A stretch of DNA of 64,000 nt from Dicyema japonicum (lineage: Eukaryota; Animalia; Dicyemida), in NCBI GenBank assembly GCA_011109175.1, contig RDEW01000005.1:802335-866334 (forward strand), in the 5' to 3' direction. Position numbers and translations under genes: made by a program. How positions within the stretch are numbered: the stretch's first letter is position 1; the number at the start of each line of letters is the position of its first letter. The notes below the pieces were generated by a model, which was not told the origin of the DNA, made no database searches, and saw only the letters and a program-made list of their open reading frames with translations. Below are positions 12,185-25,829 of this stretch, piece by piece.

Positions 12185-12320
12185 CTTTTTCGGCTGTGTG
12201 CGAGTCCCTGAGACAAGTGAAATCTCACTCATGATGGGGTGACTCGACAAACCAGAAAGCATCGTAGATGCATGTAGTCTTTCAGCCGAATTGACAGTAG
12301 CGAGATTCGACGCGGAAAGC
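12185..12320 (-). mobile_element. SINE family A fragment
   Basis: gcatcgtagatgc...cagtagcgagattcgac. Confidence 0.65.
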
Positions 12321-13515
12321 AACTGAATTACAATCAACCATTTTTTTGAAATCGTGAAATTTGTATGTTTAATGGTAGACATCAGTCATTGCCTCTTGTG
12401 GTGTTTGATTTGTCATTAATATTATCGTTATTGTCCTGTCGAACTCCCGCACGTTGGATAAGCAGAGTGTAAGTGCGAATCTTGACAAAACGATAAAGAC
12501 ATAAAGTGTGATTGATGGAAGTCATTATAACCAAATATGGCTGATAATGTATTTAATAACCACGGATATAATGGAGTTAATTAAGGCCCAATTAAGGTAC
12601 ATCCACGTGAAATTGTGAGGAACAAAATTATGAGGTTTTCAAAACCAACTATGAGTAATCTATTCATTAGCCAATTAATTACAATCATGGATATAAGTCT
12701 GCGGTTAGATAACGAGCTGTGAGAAATATGGCTATTAGTGTTACTCCAGGATTACCGGGTTAAAAGGAAAAAGAAAGTTCCCAACTAAGTGATCCCAGAC
12801 CGATATGGAGGAGGTCCTATCTGACGTAGACGAAAATTTTGGGTGGCTCTCCAGAAAGGATAGAAATGTAGATATGGTTGGATTTTTATAAATCATAAAA
12901 AAAACTTACTAAAAATTCACTGTCCCTCATTTTTCACTCATCACTCTATCTGAACAATTCAATGACAAAACTTTATGTGTAGATATGAGAATAGATCCAC
13001 AAGATCAGCATATGTTGAGTGTGGAACAGCTGACACAAAAAGCCTTCATCTACTAGAGGGCTCTACATCTACTCTAGATGACTAGAAGACATCTTGACGT
13101 TGGAGGGTTAAGTGAGAAAAGAGCGAGGATCTCTTCAAACTAAAATGCATTCGTCTTCCTATTTATGAGACATGTTTAAACTTAACTATTACACTCATAT
13201 TTTAAATGACATGATGTAAACGCACACCACCAGCATTGAGGGGGGTTGTTTAAAGCGAAAGTGTAGGTACACACGACATCCTAGAGTAGGGGTTCTCGTT
13301 TACCATCACGGAAAGATACTTATTCCATCAAGTCCACACATAAGGTAAAGAAACCAGCCACACCTCAAACTCATCTAACGACTTCATTGAAAGCTTAGGA
13401 CATGGAGACTTTACTCCACCAATTACCCACAATCACTCATATCCACTTCTACAAATAAAGCACATATATAACTCAGAGATAACAGAATTAACAAATACAA
13501 TCACAACAGACTTTA

Positions 13516-14897
13516 TTAATCATTAATAATAATATTTTTATCCACACTTACATAATTCCCTTCACTCGTACAAAACTGTTTCACCCATTCACCATACTTC
13601 TCCTCAGTCATACTAATAAGTCTCCCAATCTCCTCCTCACAGAGCATACCATCATATGTCTCCATCAGTCTTCCCATCAGCTTCTCCTTCAACAGAGACG
13701 GCTTCCTCTCAGTGACAAACACTCTGCAATAAATCACACTCGTACGATCTCATTATTCTCACAAACGTAGCAAGTCGTTTTTTCAGATCAATCCCCTCAT
13801 CTACGTTGGCTTTCCCAGCCATTTTCCTCCCCTGGTTCTCACGCACCTGCATTCACATCAACCATCACCTTGGCAACCAAATGGGCTGGTAATCCACTTA
13901 AAGCACGTTCAAGAGGCGTCGACTGTTTCTGGGGTTCTTGGACTGAACTAGCCACTGAAGTAACAGCCTCCTTAATCTTGCATTAACAGATACAAAAAAA
14001 CCCGTAATGGTAGGTCCTTCTTTGCCAATTCTTTGGCCGTTGTCGTTTTCTTAAGGATTTCGTCCTCCTCTATCAACTCAACAGGTTCGATTGCAGGAAT
14101 TGATTCAATTCTAAATTTTGGGTGCCATCGTTGTATTTTGAGAATATCCACGTCTAAGGCTTCTCCAATGTGCCGAGAAATTCCTAAACTATAACATTGT
14201 TTATAGTACCTTGTGATGTTTGAATGTCGCTTCAAACAAAAATCTACGAAATCGAATTTTTCTCGCAGTTATCACTTTAAGAGTAAACTTTCCACTGGGA
14301 GCCGGTTCATCTTCTAAAATAGAGTTTCTACGTCCATTTTAATAAACTAAGTTCGCCAACAATAAACACAGCAACTAAGCAAAAAATACATAATGATAAT
14401 TTCCCGCTTATTTATTAATTTAGGCTAGCCAGCATGAAATAACAAGTTTACCAAAATTTGGCTTGACAAGTATCTTCCTGTTGGTAGTTCGGGAGAACGT
14501 ATAAGCGGAGGGAAATACAGTCTTGATTTGCCCAACTACCCGCTCATTGAAAGTCTTCTTAGTTAGTCTTTCAACAGAGCTCATTATTTTGTCAAGGTAG
14601 ATATCTTCTTTACGATTGTGCATCAAGGAGACCGCCGTTTCCATGGCATTAAAGGCTGTCAGCAAAATCTCGTATTTTGTTGGCAATATCAGATTCTGGG
14701 AAGGCGTGAGCAAATGACTAAATTTCTCTCTGAGTGGTTTCTTGCTTGATTGGACTAAAGGCTCTAGTTTTTTGCGTTTAGCTGCTGGTTCGGTAGTTTG
14801 GTGAGCTGTGGTGATACTAACTTATACCTTGAAGAGTGTCTTTTAAAAGTCTCTTTACTTTGGTCTTCTTTGGTTCAAAATATTCGTTCAACGACAT
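13516..14897 (-). CDS. CDT1: DNA replication licensing factor Cdt1, multi-exon
   Basis: N-terminal PIP-degron-like MSLNEYFEPKK; winged helix LPTKYEILLTAFNAMETAVSLMHNR..GQIKTVFPSAY; WHPKF; C-terminal RVFVTERKPSL..EWV. Confidence 0.9.
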
Positions 14898-16502
14898 CAC
14901 AGCCGACAACTAATAAAATTTAAATAATTTATTATTAAAATAATTTATTTTAATTTTATATTTTTTTATTTAAAATTATAGTTAAATTAGTGAATTTCTG
15001 CATTCGATATTAATTTTAATATTTTACTAATACTAATAACGAATACTACTTAAACTTTGCGTACTCTGACAAAGTTGCTGTTATCGACTGGTAAAACACA
15101 TTATTCTCACATTTTTCTCATGGAAGGACTAAATGGATAAATAAAAGCTAATGTTTAATAATGCTTATTATTTTCTATTTTTGCTGTTTATCTGTCAAAC
15201 TATCGCTTAGATTAGCCTATTTTGGTGATGTGGGGATTATCTCGTTAATATATTCTCATTCTTATTGATAATATTATTCCCCCATGAATTAATTTGCTTA
15301 TTTTTGGTTAAGTTACTTATGTACTACTTATTCGATTTGTCTCTTTTAGCCTCCTTTCCTTTCAAGTGGAGGAAACAGGTGGCTGATAAAAACGTAACCT
15401 TTAAATGCGGACGCTACCAGAAATTAATTAAGGTGATGCGGTGTGGTGGATAAGATTGAGGCGCGCTAGGACATGAGAAGATGGGAGTAACTTTTAAGCA
15501 TAGTTTCTTCTATGTAAGCGTGTGTATTTCTATCCGCTTTTATCTGTTACAGATTCTCTTGTGGAAATTATTACAAGGCAATTCTATTGCATAGGGAATA
15601 ACATGAACTTTACACATTTGGATGTTCTCCAATTCATTTGTTAGTAGAGCGTACGTCCACTTTTGACATCGACTTTGTTACTAGCATCATCCTATATTTA
15701 TAAATTAGATTTTCCACTTTTGATTATTCATCTTTGCATGTTCGGAAAAATATTCTATCCGTGTCTTTTTAGAAGTATTGTTATGGGTTTTTTTACTGCC
15801 CCAGTTTGCGAGTTAAAAACAGTATATATTATTGTCGAATTTGATTTTTCTGTGAAGATGTCATCCTGTAGATTGATTTTTTTATTTGTGCTACCCTCTT
15901 TTGCTTTCATTTAAAAATGTCGACAAAATTCATGTTGAAATGAGATTTGAAAACTTTAAATGAGTGATTCGGTACGTGTTGATCGAATAATGACAATTAC
16001 GGGAAGATACACGGATAATGACAATTATGGAATGACTCGTTCCATAGAGATCAGCTTCGACGAACTCATGCCTCGACATGGCATTCAAGGGTCAGAAGCA
16101 AAATGGTTTATACAAGGACATCAAGCAAACCTATCTCACTAGAAATAACGGCATACAGGTGGAGACTATCGGACACATTCTAAAAATGGATTTGGAGGCA
16201 CCAGCAAATACTGCCATAGAGGATTATTTCGAAGCTAACGGACCTCGTTTCAGGGGGGCCCGAGAAATACTCTCCCGGTTACGCTGGATAGAGATCTTCA
16301 AAGAATGGGTAGACAATTAAAAGACGGGAACGACCTTGACGCCTTACGAGACGTTGTCCAGGACAGGGGGAAATGAAAAAAATTAATAACTCTTATTGTT
16401 TCCTGTGCTGCACAAGATACACTCCACTTATAATTTATTTTAAATTTAAAAAAAGTAATTTACATAAATATTTAAATTTAATAATTCAAATTTAGCATCG
16501 AT

Positions 16503-17043
16503 ATGGTGATTACTAAACAAGTAGAGTTTCCTTCAGATGAGGAGTTAAAAGCTAAGGAGCTGAACATTTCCTCTCCAGCTTTACGAGCTGGGGCCTTACA
16601 TTTCGGCATTTACTGTGACGACTGCTGCAAAGAGTTCATGCTCTGCTCAAAGGAATGTAATGATCCTCGAAAGTGCATCTCAGAAGGAGTGAAGGTCTCA
16701 AACTGCGCTCACGAGCTTTTTCACAAAAATAAAACAAAACTGCGAGCACGTGTTCATGGACTATGCAAATTGTGTTGACTTTTACTCTGGGAACTTCATG
16801 GATATCACAAAATGTACCAAATACCGGGAACCCTTCGACAAATGCATGAAGGATAAGCTTAATATTGATACTCCGCCTGTCGGATATTTTTCTAAAACCA
16901 GAATTGTTGACACATCCAGGCCCAAGCCGGAGAAGAAGCCGTTCCCTGTGGAGTCCCCCTATATTGAAGGAATCACACCCAAACAGGCAGCCACGATGGA
17001 GACACCTTTTTCGGAGATTTATAAGGGGACATACTCTTTCTAG
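16503..17043 (+). CDS. NDUFA8: NADH:ubiquinone oxidoreductase subunit A8 (CX9C protein), intronless, one apparent frameshift near 16725
   Basis: ELNISSPALRAGALHFGIYC..EFMLC..DPRKC..EG..V..C, second CX9C pair, GYFSKTRIVDTSRPKP. Confidence 0.93.
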
Positions 17044-18081
17044 ATTATTAACTTTATTTATTAATAAAACACTAATTAATTTTAAATTAAATTTTCTGTG
17101 TTCAATTAATTTATTTTAATAATAATAAATTTAAAAAAATCCATAGTTTAACATTCTTTTGAAGTGCGAAAAAAACTGAACGCATTAAAAAGTTTATAGG
17201 GAATATATAAGAGTGGTACTCACCCGGTCCTAATGAAAGTGCACAGACAGCACGTCGAGCCATGTTTTTCATATGAATGCGCCTCGTGGGAACCGTCCAT
17301 AGCTCAGACAAATATGTAGATGATCGAGGAAATGCAAAATAGGGCTTTCAGAGTAACGGACCGTGGATTTATGGAGATCACCGTACCGGACCGGGGATGG
17401 AGGGCCTTATGAGACTAGAACCTTATTACGGTAATGCGGCCCCGTAAATCAGTCAGCCGTCCTGCACGAGTAGAATATAGGGCAAAGGTGAGGTCGCTCT
17501 GGAATGCATCGGGTTAAAATAAATAATAACAACCCCTGTACCCGAAGACCATGCAGTGTAGCGGTTGGTGATGTCGGTCGTTTCGCGTTTAGCTGTGAAT
17601 TCGATTTGCACACCGTTATTTACTTGTCGAAGGATTTCTTTCTTTGCTTCTTCAATTTCTAAGATATGTCATGGGATCCACCTAACTAAAAAACGCTCAT
17701 ACCTGGTTGGCATCCAAGAAGGATCCCTCTCTTCAGGAGTTTCCAAAGTATCGAATATATATGCAACCAAAGAATCATCCAATATAAACTTGTGGTATTT
17801 GAAATAATTCGTTAATTCAAAAAACAACTCTATGCTCCACTAAAAATCCAATCTTTAAATTTTATAAAATAAAAAAAGACTTAATACGTAAATAAGAGTA
17901 GAATAAATCTAATGTTTTGCTGGATGACTCGAGAGTTTTTTGATAAAAAATATTGAATGAAAACTTTGGAAGAATTAGTGTTTAATCTATTTGAGAACAG
18001 GAATAATGATTGCAGAAAAAATGTTAACAAAATAGAAAAAGAGTCATAAGTATGAGAATTTAAATTATAGAATAATATGTT

Positions 18082-18220
18082 GACGGTCTCTTTCCTTAGA
18101 GCACTTGGGTGTCTATTGACCAAAACCTCGAGGAGCATCGGGAAACCGAGTGGCTTTTCCAAAGGATATCCCTGGCAGTAGTCAGAGGTAACAGCCACTC
18201 GATCATATCCGCTGGACTCA
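18082..18220 (+). mobile_element. CRE-like RLE 3' end
   Basis: ETEWLFQRISLAVVRGNSHSII; nearly identical to 56677-56812. Confidence 0.85.
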
Positions 18221-18254
18221 GTAATTAACTACGCATGTTTCCTAATAAAAAATA

Positions 18255-18512
18255 TGTTGATCTTGCTGCTGTAAATGGAGGTTCCACACATCTACGATGT
18301 TTTTGCTTGACGAGTGGCGCAGTCATCACTGAACACTTCACTGCGGAACCGGGTCGTCTATAAATGACATATACGCAACAAAAAGGAAAATGAAGTGAAG
18401 AGCATTCCTTGGATCTGCCTCATTGATAAGTTATGATTACTGTTCTTTACTTAAAATAACGGTTTAGTCCTTTTTGGGTAGAGCTATAGTAACATGGCTC
18501 TGTGTGAAAGTG
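18255..18512 (+). mobile_element. SINE family A copy
   Basis: catctacgatg core, gaagtgaagagcattcctt and the gagctatagtaacatggctc tail hairpin. Confidence 0.8.
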
Positions 18513-20194
18513 GAGTTTTTTATATACATTATTTCTAGTTTATTTCCTGTCTGCGTGAAACAACCTAAAATTGCAAAATCCGATGTGCAGATAAAAAGAC
18601 AATCCGTCTCGATTGGAACGAGCGGATCTCTGCATTATTAATTTTGAATATACACGGTGGGAATCGATCGGATTGAATGACCACGATCAGTCCATGTCTG
18701 TGAAACTCCTAGTTTGGATGTTACGTGCTTTGACACTTTCAATTTGAATGACCTCCCTCAGAGTTCTGTTAATCCCTTTTACCAGTTGGGAAGCCAAAAT
18801 ATTGAAGCGTCAGTAGTATACTGACCTCCAAGTGATTTGAATTTTGTTTCTCTTGTCTGGAAGTCTCCGGAGCCTTCGGACATTTCTCCTACACCTTCCT
18901 TAAAAAACTCGGAAATCTTATCTCAGTCCGCTCAAGGAACCTCCGTTTACACCACTGACTATTCAGATAATAAAGAAAATCTGAGAGATCAAAGAAAGCA
19001 AAATACACGGTCCTACCCGATGTTTAGTTTATTCAGCTCGCAGCTGAAATGTCAGGTTCGCTTGAGCCCTCGGTGCTGGTATTCCTGGGTCTTCTAAAAA
19101 ATCGGATCTCTACACGCACAGGAAATCTCCGTGAGCCCTGCTGGCTATTTGAGCTAATCTCACTTGATGTTGACGTCTCAATACATTTTTTTTACAATTT
19201 ACATAATTTTTTATAAACCGTTAATCTCTAAATTTAAACTGGGATCGATTTTCATGGGGATAGCATAGTCAGAAAAATACGTTTTTATGCAAAAAGTAGC
19301 ACATGACTTGCTAGAATTATGAAAAATATTTTTCGACGCAGGATAATTTTTTTGTTTATGGAAAAGTAAATTTGATTTAAACTTCACTAGTTACTTGTAT
19401 TTTTCATATATTTGTTTTTTTAAGTTTTAAAAAATTTCATTGATTTGACAGACTTTGAAAGTAAGACAGAAAATATTGTTACAAGGAGAGTTTTCCGTCT
19501 ATAATAAGAAGAATTATTATCCCCCTTTATATTTGAGTGAAAATATAACCCGTCACTCCAAAATTGAGAGCATCTCTTTACTTTCAGAAAATACTAGAAT
19601 ATCAGTGATTATACTAGGCTTGGAATGATTCCTGAAGAGGCACCAAAAAATGAGCATTCAACCCTTATAACCAAGTCATGGTCGAAGAGCTGGTTAAGGC
19701 TTTCACATGTTGGAGTTCTTTGTGTAGTCTGTGGAAAATAGTGAGATTGGGAACATTCAGTTTTATGAAGACAATGAAGAATAGATCTTTGGTCCCTTAT
19801 TCTGTGATAAAGAATATGTTGATTAATATGTCTATGCAGGAAGTACCATTGTTTGTAGTCTCCAAAAAAGTGGGGAGCCCCCTGTTCTAGAATCACAATT
19901 ACCTCAGTTACCCATACTGATTAGAGAAGATATCGCTTGCAATCCTGACAGGAAATAGCCACGCAGACAGGCTTCCGTATGACCCTCACATTGATATTGA
20001 TAAAAGACGAGGGGAATCTGCACTAGGAAACAGTACTATGAAGCTCATCTGAAGAATAATTAATGGGATCTGTTAAATGTCCTTTTGGTACCTGCTATTT
20101 ATCCTCAGTCCTTCAAGTGAACGAACTCGTGAGTAACGAAAAAATAACAACCAATAGGCGCTTCCTAAGATCAGTCCGAAAAACCAGGTGTCTA

Positions 20195-20300
20195 TTCGGT
20201 TGAAGATTCCACATATCTACGATGCTTTCGGGTGACGAGTGAAGACGTCATCAGTGTTTCAACACTACCAAACTGGACACACAAGCAAAAACCAAGAACA
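20195..20300 (+). mobile_element. SINE family A internal fragment
   Basis: ttccacatatctacgatgct..gacgagtg..cgtcatcagtg. Confidence 0.65.
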
Positions 20301-21055
20301 AAAGTCAAGCTGTTTTTTATAGGAGCACTTCATTATTGAATAAAACTACACGAATTCGCGCTTTTAAAATCCGTGGAGGTTAACTAGGTGAGATATCAAT
20401 CGAGTGGATTGATAAGGGGAAAGGACAGATAAGAAAAAACTTAAGTTGCACTGAAAACCTAAAATCAGTCTAATCATACGAAACAACCATAAATCATGCT
20501 AACGATATTTTTATGCATGGAGGCTCAAGCTCATACCTCATCTGCGTGAACGACTGGGATCCGAATAAAACTAGTTTATTAACCCATGGATACCGGAAGA
20601 GACTGAATATATCGTCCCAACAGCAGAGACCTTCCAATATCACCTACTAGTCTACCCAGAAGTAACAGAAAGGGAAGATAACGTCTAGTTCTTGCAGTTG
20701 TGAGAACCCCTGAGAGAAGAGCGGGAGAGAAAATGATTCTTTTTGCTTCATCCTGTAACTGGATATCGTTCAACACAGGTTTGATCGATGGATGTCACTC
20801 AGTAGAAGGGGAGAGAAATCTTTGGCCAAATAGCCAATGGGGTAATAGAAGAAGGGGGAAAATCTTAAGCCAAATAGCCGAAGGGACGGAGCATTGTTAG
20901 CGACTTAACATCAAAAAAGCTACCTGGTCGAAAAAATAGAATCACTCATAAATCCAATAATTTGAAAAATTTAAATATTTTATCGTTTTATCGGTCTAAA
21001 ATATTTATGTGATAATAAACCGACATAAAAATAAAATATACGGCGCACTATCACA

Positions 21056-21870
21056 ATGAGGTCATTCACTATAAGAGTCATTATAATTATAAATATTCTT
21101 CTGTTGGGGGTTTTCCGTTAATTTCATATGCAAGTTCTTTTCCGTGTTTGGATTTTATTGTGGTGGAACACTTTTAAACTCTATACTGATACAAAGAAAT
21201 TTGGATAGAAATTATTTGAAGATTCCGGGGATAATAATTTTGGCTGCCGCTTTAATCGCCACGGCAGGACTAATCACAGGAATCGTGTTGTTCGTAAGAA
21301 AGGAAGTAAAATGGCTCAAATTTCTTGTAAATTTATGAAATTACCTTCTTTAGTTCTCAATCTCGAATTTCCTTGTATTTTTATTTACGTTGACGGCCAT
21401 GATTTTATTCTTCGCGAGCATGAACTCGGTTCGCTTAGTCACTACAAAAATAACTTTACTAACAAATATACTTTAGTTGATAGCCTTCATTGCGCACGAG
21501 GCTGAAAAAATCGTCACAAATCCAGAGATCTACAAATGTGACATCGATTTTTATCAGACACATTTCAAATGCTGTGGTCTATGGGGTCCCTCAGATTATG
21601 ACCATTGGCAATTACCGGCAAGTTGCTGTCCCAAATTTCCATGCACAAATGCGGGGTATATGAGACGGTTGTAGAATTTACTAAATGTAGGCCTGTTCAT
21701 CAATACTTACAAATTATTTAGCTTACTTAGCAGTATATTTCATCGTCGGAACAGTCTTGACTTCAATTATAACAGTTTGCTGTGTTATTAATGATTAGTT
21801 AGCCTCAATAATCACTGTACTATGTACATTATAATTAACTTATTCTCTACCAACTTTGTCTGGATTTTAG
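21056..21870 (+). CDS. Tetraspanin, multi-exon; 3' end approximate
   Basis: Four hydrophobic segments; large-loop QTHFKCCGLWGPSDY and PASCC motifs. Confidence 0.85.
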
Positions 21871-22453
21871 TAATAAAATAAATTATTTTATTTTTATTTC
21901 AAATACTCGAGGTGGAAGCGGAGGATCTGTGCGAGCGACCTGCCTGGTCGATGCGCTTCCTAATGGTCGCAGGGATCTAATCTGCTCTATTCACTTCAGA
22001 TAAAATTCAGAGGTGATCTCAATATATTCCATGGGAATCTTCTTATCACTGACAAGATGTCATAAGATCCTCGGTGTCACTTAGACCATTACTTATATAG
22101 GATGATTTTCTAACCCTTGATACCTGAAGGAGGTTTATTCAATTCCCACAGTCTCAGTAGAACGCGACCTTTTCAAGCTCCACAGTTATCCACATTCGCC
22201 AATCAGGGAACCCTCCACAGGAGTATGAAAGAGAAGGATCCTTTCTATGTCTCGATGAGCTGGAAGTTTTCTGAGTTATGGGATCACACAACGCCTCTTA
22301 CGAATTGAAAAGTCAGGAGTGGAAAGGAAACTTTCGATTAAATAGGCAACAGCGTGGAAATTTAAAAATAATGGTAGTCAACACTTGGTTATTTAGAAAC
22401 CCGGGGTAACCGAGTAGAAAAACGAAGTATAGTCAAACGATTTATGATCTCAG

Positions 22454-22677
22454 TTACCACAGCCAGCAGTGCCATCCTACGTTGAAGTCCTCTGTTGTAT
22501 CCTCTGCTGCCAGGAGACACCTTCTCTCGCGCTGCACACAAAATTGACTTAAAAAAGAATTGCCTTTCACACAAAGATAGCTTAAGCGAGTATCTCCTAT
22601 CTTCACAAAAAGCGGGGGAATCCAACACATCACAGTTAACACGATTCTAAATATCCTGCCAATAATAATAATTTCAT
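22454..22677 (-). CDS. Possible small secreted protein
   Basis: ATG 21 bp after the ATG7 stop; hydrophobic start MKLLLLAG; Cys-rich ORF reachable only via a 1-nt shift. Confidence 0.25.
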
Positions 22678-22698
22678 GAAAAAATAATAAGTCAATAA

Positions 22699-25518
22699 TT
22701 AAAAATCACAGGAATCCGATTCCAACACATCCTCGTGGAAATCAACATTAGAGTGATCCTAATAAAAGGTTAACAGAAAAGGCACTTCTCCCAACTTCAC
22801 CAAACTTCTAATGAAAGTCGATCATTACAGCCACTCAGAATAAACTGCTTTCTGTCTCGATTATACTCCTTAATCACCTAACACGATTAACTAACAATCA
22901 ACGCTAGGCGAACAGGCCGGGCATTTGTCGTTCAAAAAATTCGCGGATTTTATTATTTCGTTGGTCATCACATCTCCCCGAATCTAAACCTAAAGTATGA
23001 GGAATACCGTGAGAGGAATAGATCCCAGCAGTCCTTCAGTCAGAAAGTCGGGGTCTTTAGGATCCCCAGCCTTATAGTACAGCGCCCTAAAGCCATCTGG
23101 GTGGTGTAACAGAGAAATGAGCATCTCCACGGCATATCCAGCACAGGCATAGGAGACCCCCATCCGTACTGTACTACACTGTTGGTCCAAAGTCTGATTC
23201 TCAGACAACCTCTTCACATTAACTTCAATATAACGCTATTAGGGAGTGAACAGTCACAACAGAAGTAGCAGCCAAACTGAAACTTGGCACCCAAGTCCCC
23301 ATCTCCCTCGTCAATTTGGAAACAGCGATGCCTCTGCACGATAAAATGGTCAAACGACATGGCCACGTTAATAAGAGGCTATTCAAGAAATATTGATACC
23401 TTATTAACAGCCAAGCACATAATAATGGGGAATAGACGGGACTCTCGACTGTCCAAAGCGAGAAAGACAACATCGTATTTATCAATCAGAGATTCCAACA
23501 AGTTAAAGTCTTCCTCAAATTTGTTCAGTGAACGTTCTACAAAGTTATATTTTTAATATTTAAAATTATTTTAATTTAAATTTTTAAATTTTAGAAAAAT
23601 ATATAATTTAAATAAAATTTTTTAATGAAAATAATTGGGACTGCCGAGATGAGAAGTCAATAGTAAAAAGCCAAAACATGTTATAAACGCTATTAGGGAG
23701 TAAAGGGAAGAGTAATAGCTGATTTTTTAAATAAAAATAAATAAATTAGACAGCCAAGAAATGTGACCAGCTATTTGGGAGCACATTTCCACAGATAGTA
23801 AGATTAAGTGGGTTCAATTATGTGGACTGCTACCTGAATTTACATTAATTGTGGTAAATAGCTTTAATGCTAAAAAATTAAAAAAAACAAAAAGCGTCAA
23901 ATATAAATAAAAAAATAATAAAATTAAATTTAATAAAAAATAATCTAAATAATAATAAAACTACAAAATCAACTAAACGTCACCTGTGATAGGAATTGAC
24001 CGACCAGGAAGCATAATGGATAAGTCGTGAGCTTCAACCTCCTAAAATAAACAGAACCAAGGAGAACTATAAACAGCAAAATCTTCCTGAGCTTCTTGAC
24101 CACTGCCTCAGCTTTTTTAAGACCAATGTCCTCAGCGTCATAAAGGCACTGTCGGGAGACGTTCGAGCTGGTCACAAACGAGTCATCAATGAAGCCAATC
24201 TTGTAAATATTCCACCCTTCTATTAAACCAGAACCAACGATCAAAATGCGAGCAATATTACAGCCAAGTGTCCCCGCCCCAATAATAAGGCAGCTGGTGT
24301 TCTCAATCCTCTCCAAATCAACCTTCTCCTTTCTATGCCAGTTCATCAAGTTCAGATTAAGCCGATTGCCAAAGTACGAACGACTAAATCACACAAAATC
24401 CAACTATATCGGGTCCAAGGTAGTTGAGAGATTCAATCGACGAGGTTTCTTCTGGTTGAACTGGTCTTTGAGGAGTCCTGTAGGTTTACACTGAGCCACT
24501 ACGTTAAATTACCGTGAAAAAAACGTGTTTTTTCGTCGATCGGAGTCAGTTTTAGTCCAAAATACACAGACTTGACCAATGAATTACCGTTTTCCGTGAT
24601 TCTGATCGCGGCAAACGGAATATTCGGCTGAAAAGTAGCCCTGATTTAGTAAGGAGTAACTACTACCAGTGAATGCAGGCTAGCATAATGGCATTCCGCA
24701 GCGGAAACCCGGGAAATTTATTAGCGGAAAAGTCAAGACGCAGACAAGAAACTGAAAATTAAAAAACGGCGAAAATTGAACTTTGTTCTCCAAAAGTAAG
24801 GATTCCGTGATTTTTGACGGCGGTAAAACGGAATCGGTGTCGTAAAAGTAGAAAAAAATAAAATTATTCTGAAACTCCGCGTTTTTTGAAGCAAATCGGA
24901 GAATCGTCTGTTCTGCTTTTTTAAACTGAAATTTTGCGGCAAAAAAACCTGATCTTCAGATAAAAACTTGTTCAAAGGGAGTTCCTGCACGATTTGGTAA
25001 AATTCCGCGATCCGGAACGACGGAAAGCAGAACCAATACAAAAAATCGAAAAATTTAAAATTCTAAAATTATCCAACATTAACGATGAATGCCAGAATAG
25101 AGAACTGCATGATAAGCTGAGGTCTCTCGAATATTTGGGGGTCCAACAAGGTCGCCATAAACTACGGTTTTGTGGAAGAAAACTTGTTTCGACTTTTCTT
25201 CCACGTGCTTCTGTGCCATTTCACGGAAGGAATTCTTGGAATTCATCAAATAGATTTCTCCGCGAATTCCGACTTCAAAGGGGGACGGTTCAATTCTGAA
25301 TAAAACGGCAAATTACTCATCTAAGGATTCCGGTCCGATTATTAAGGAATTTGTTGTTTCCCCGACTAGTGAGGATTTAGTGAAATAGTACTTTTAGTGC
25401 TATAGTGCCCCCAAATTGGCACTGGTTTTTCACTCAACCGTAGTTTTTCCAATTTTCTGGTCGAAATTAATTTCCAAAATTCCGTGTCAATGGTGGTGTT
25501 GAAAGGAACAAATTTCAT
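22699..25518 (-). CDS. ATG7: Autophagy E1-like enzyme ATG7, multi-exon
   Basis: MKFVPFNTTIDTEFW..KLE, WFCFPS, LNLMNW, CLIIGAGTLGCNIARIL, DVVFLALDSRESR, GCYFC, catalytic TLDQQC. Confidence 0.95.
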
Positions 25519-25829
25519 GAGTTCTTCTATATATTTAGATAATTATTTTAAAGCACCACAACAATCAAATTTTAAATTTTATTAGATAATATTTGATTAC
25601 TTTTTTATTCGATATTAAAATATTTTCTTGTCAATCAAAGTTTTATTTTTTATTTTTTTAGAGAGACTCAATCATTACTGAATGACTGTTTGGACATATA
25701 CTTATTCTGGCCCTGAGGACCCTCCGAACGTGGCCACGGAGGATTTCTTTGTTCTGGACGCTCGCGTTTCCGTGGTCGACCGGGGTAAGACCTCAAGAAC
25801 GTGTAATACTAGGTTAGAGTTTCCAGCAG

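Noticed and set aside
16715-16750. Frameshifts in NDUFA8 (also GSS, ATG7, LEKR1, TAPT1, RING, RUFY) as programmed frameshifting, RNA editing or pseudogenisation
   Set aside because: They are scattered 1-nt indels, mostly at short homopolymers, in otherwise conserved essential genes. This is typical of unpolished long-read consensus; short-read polishing would settle it.
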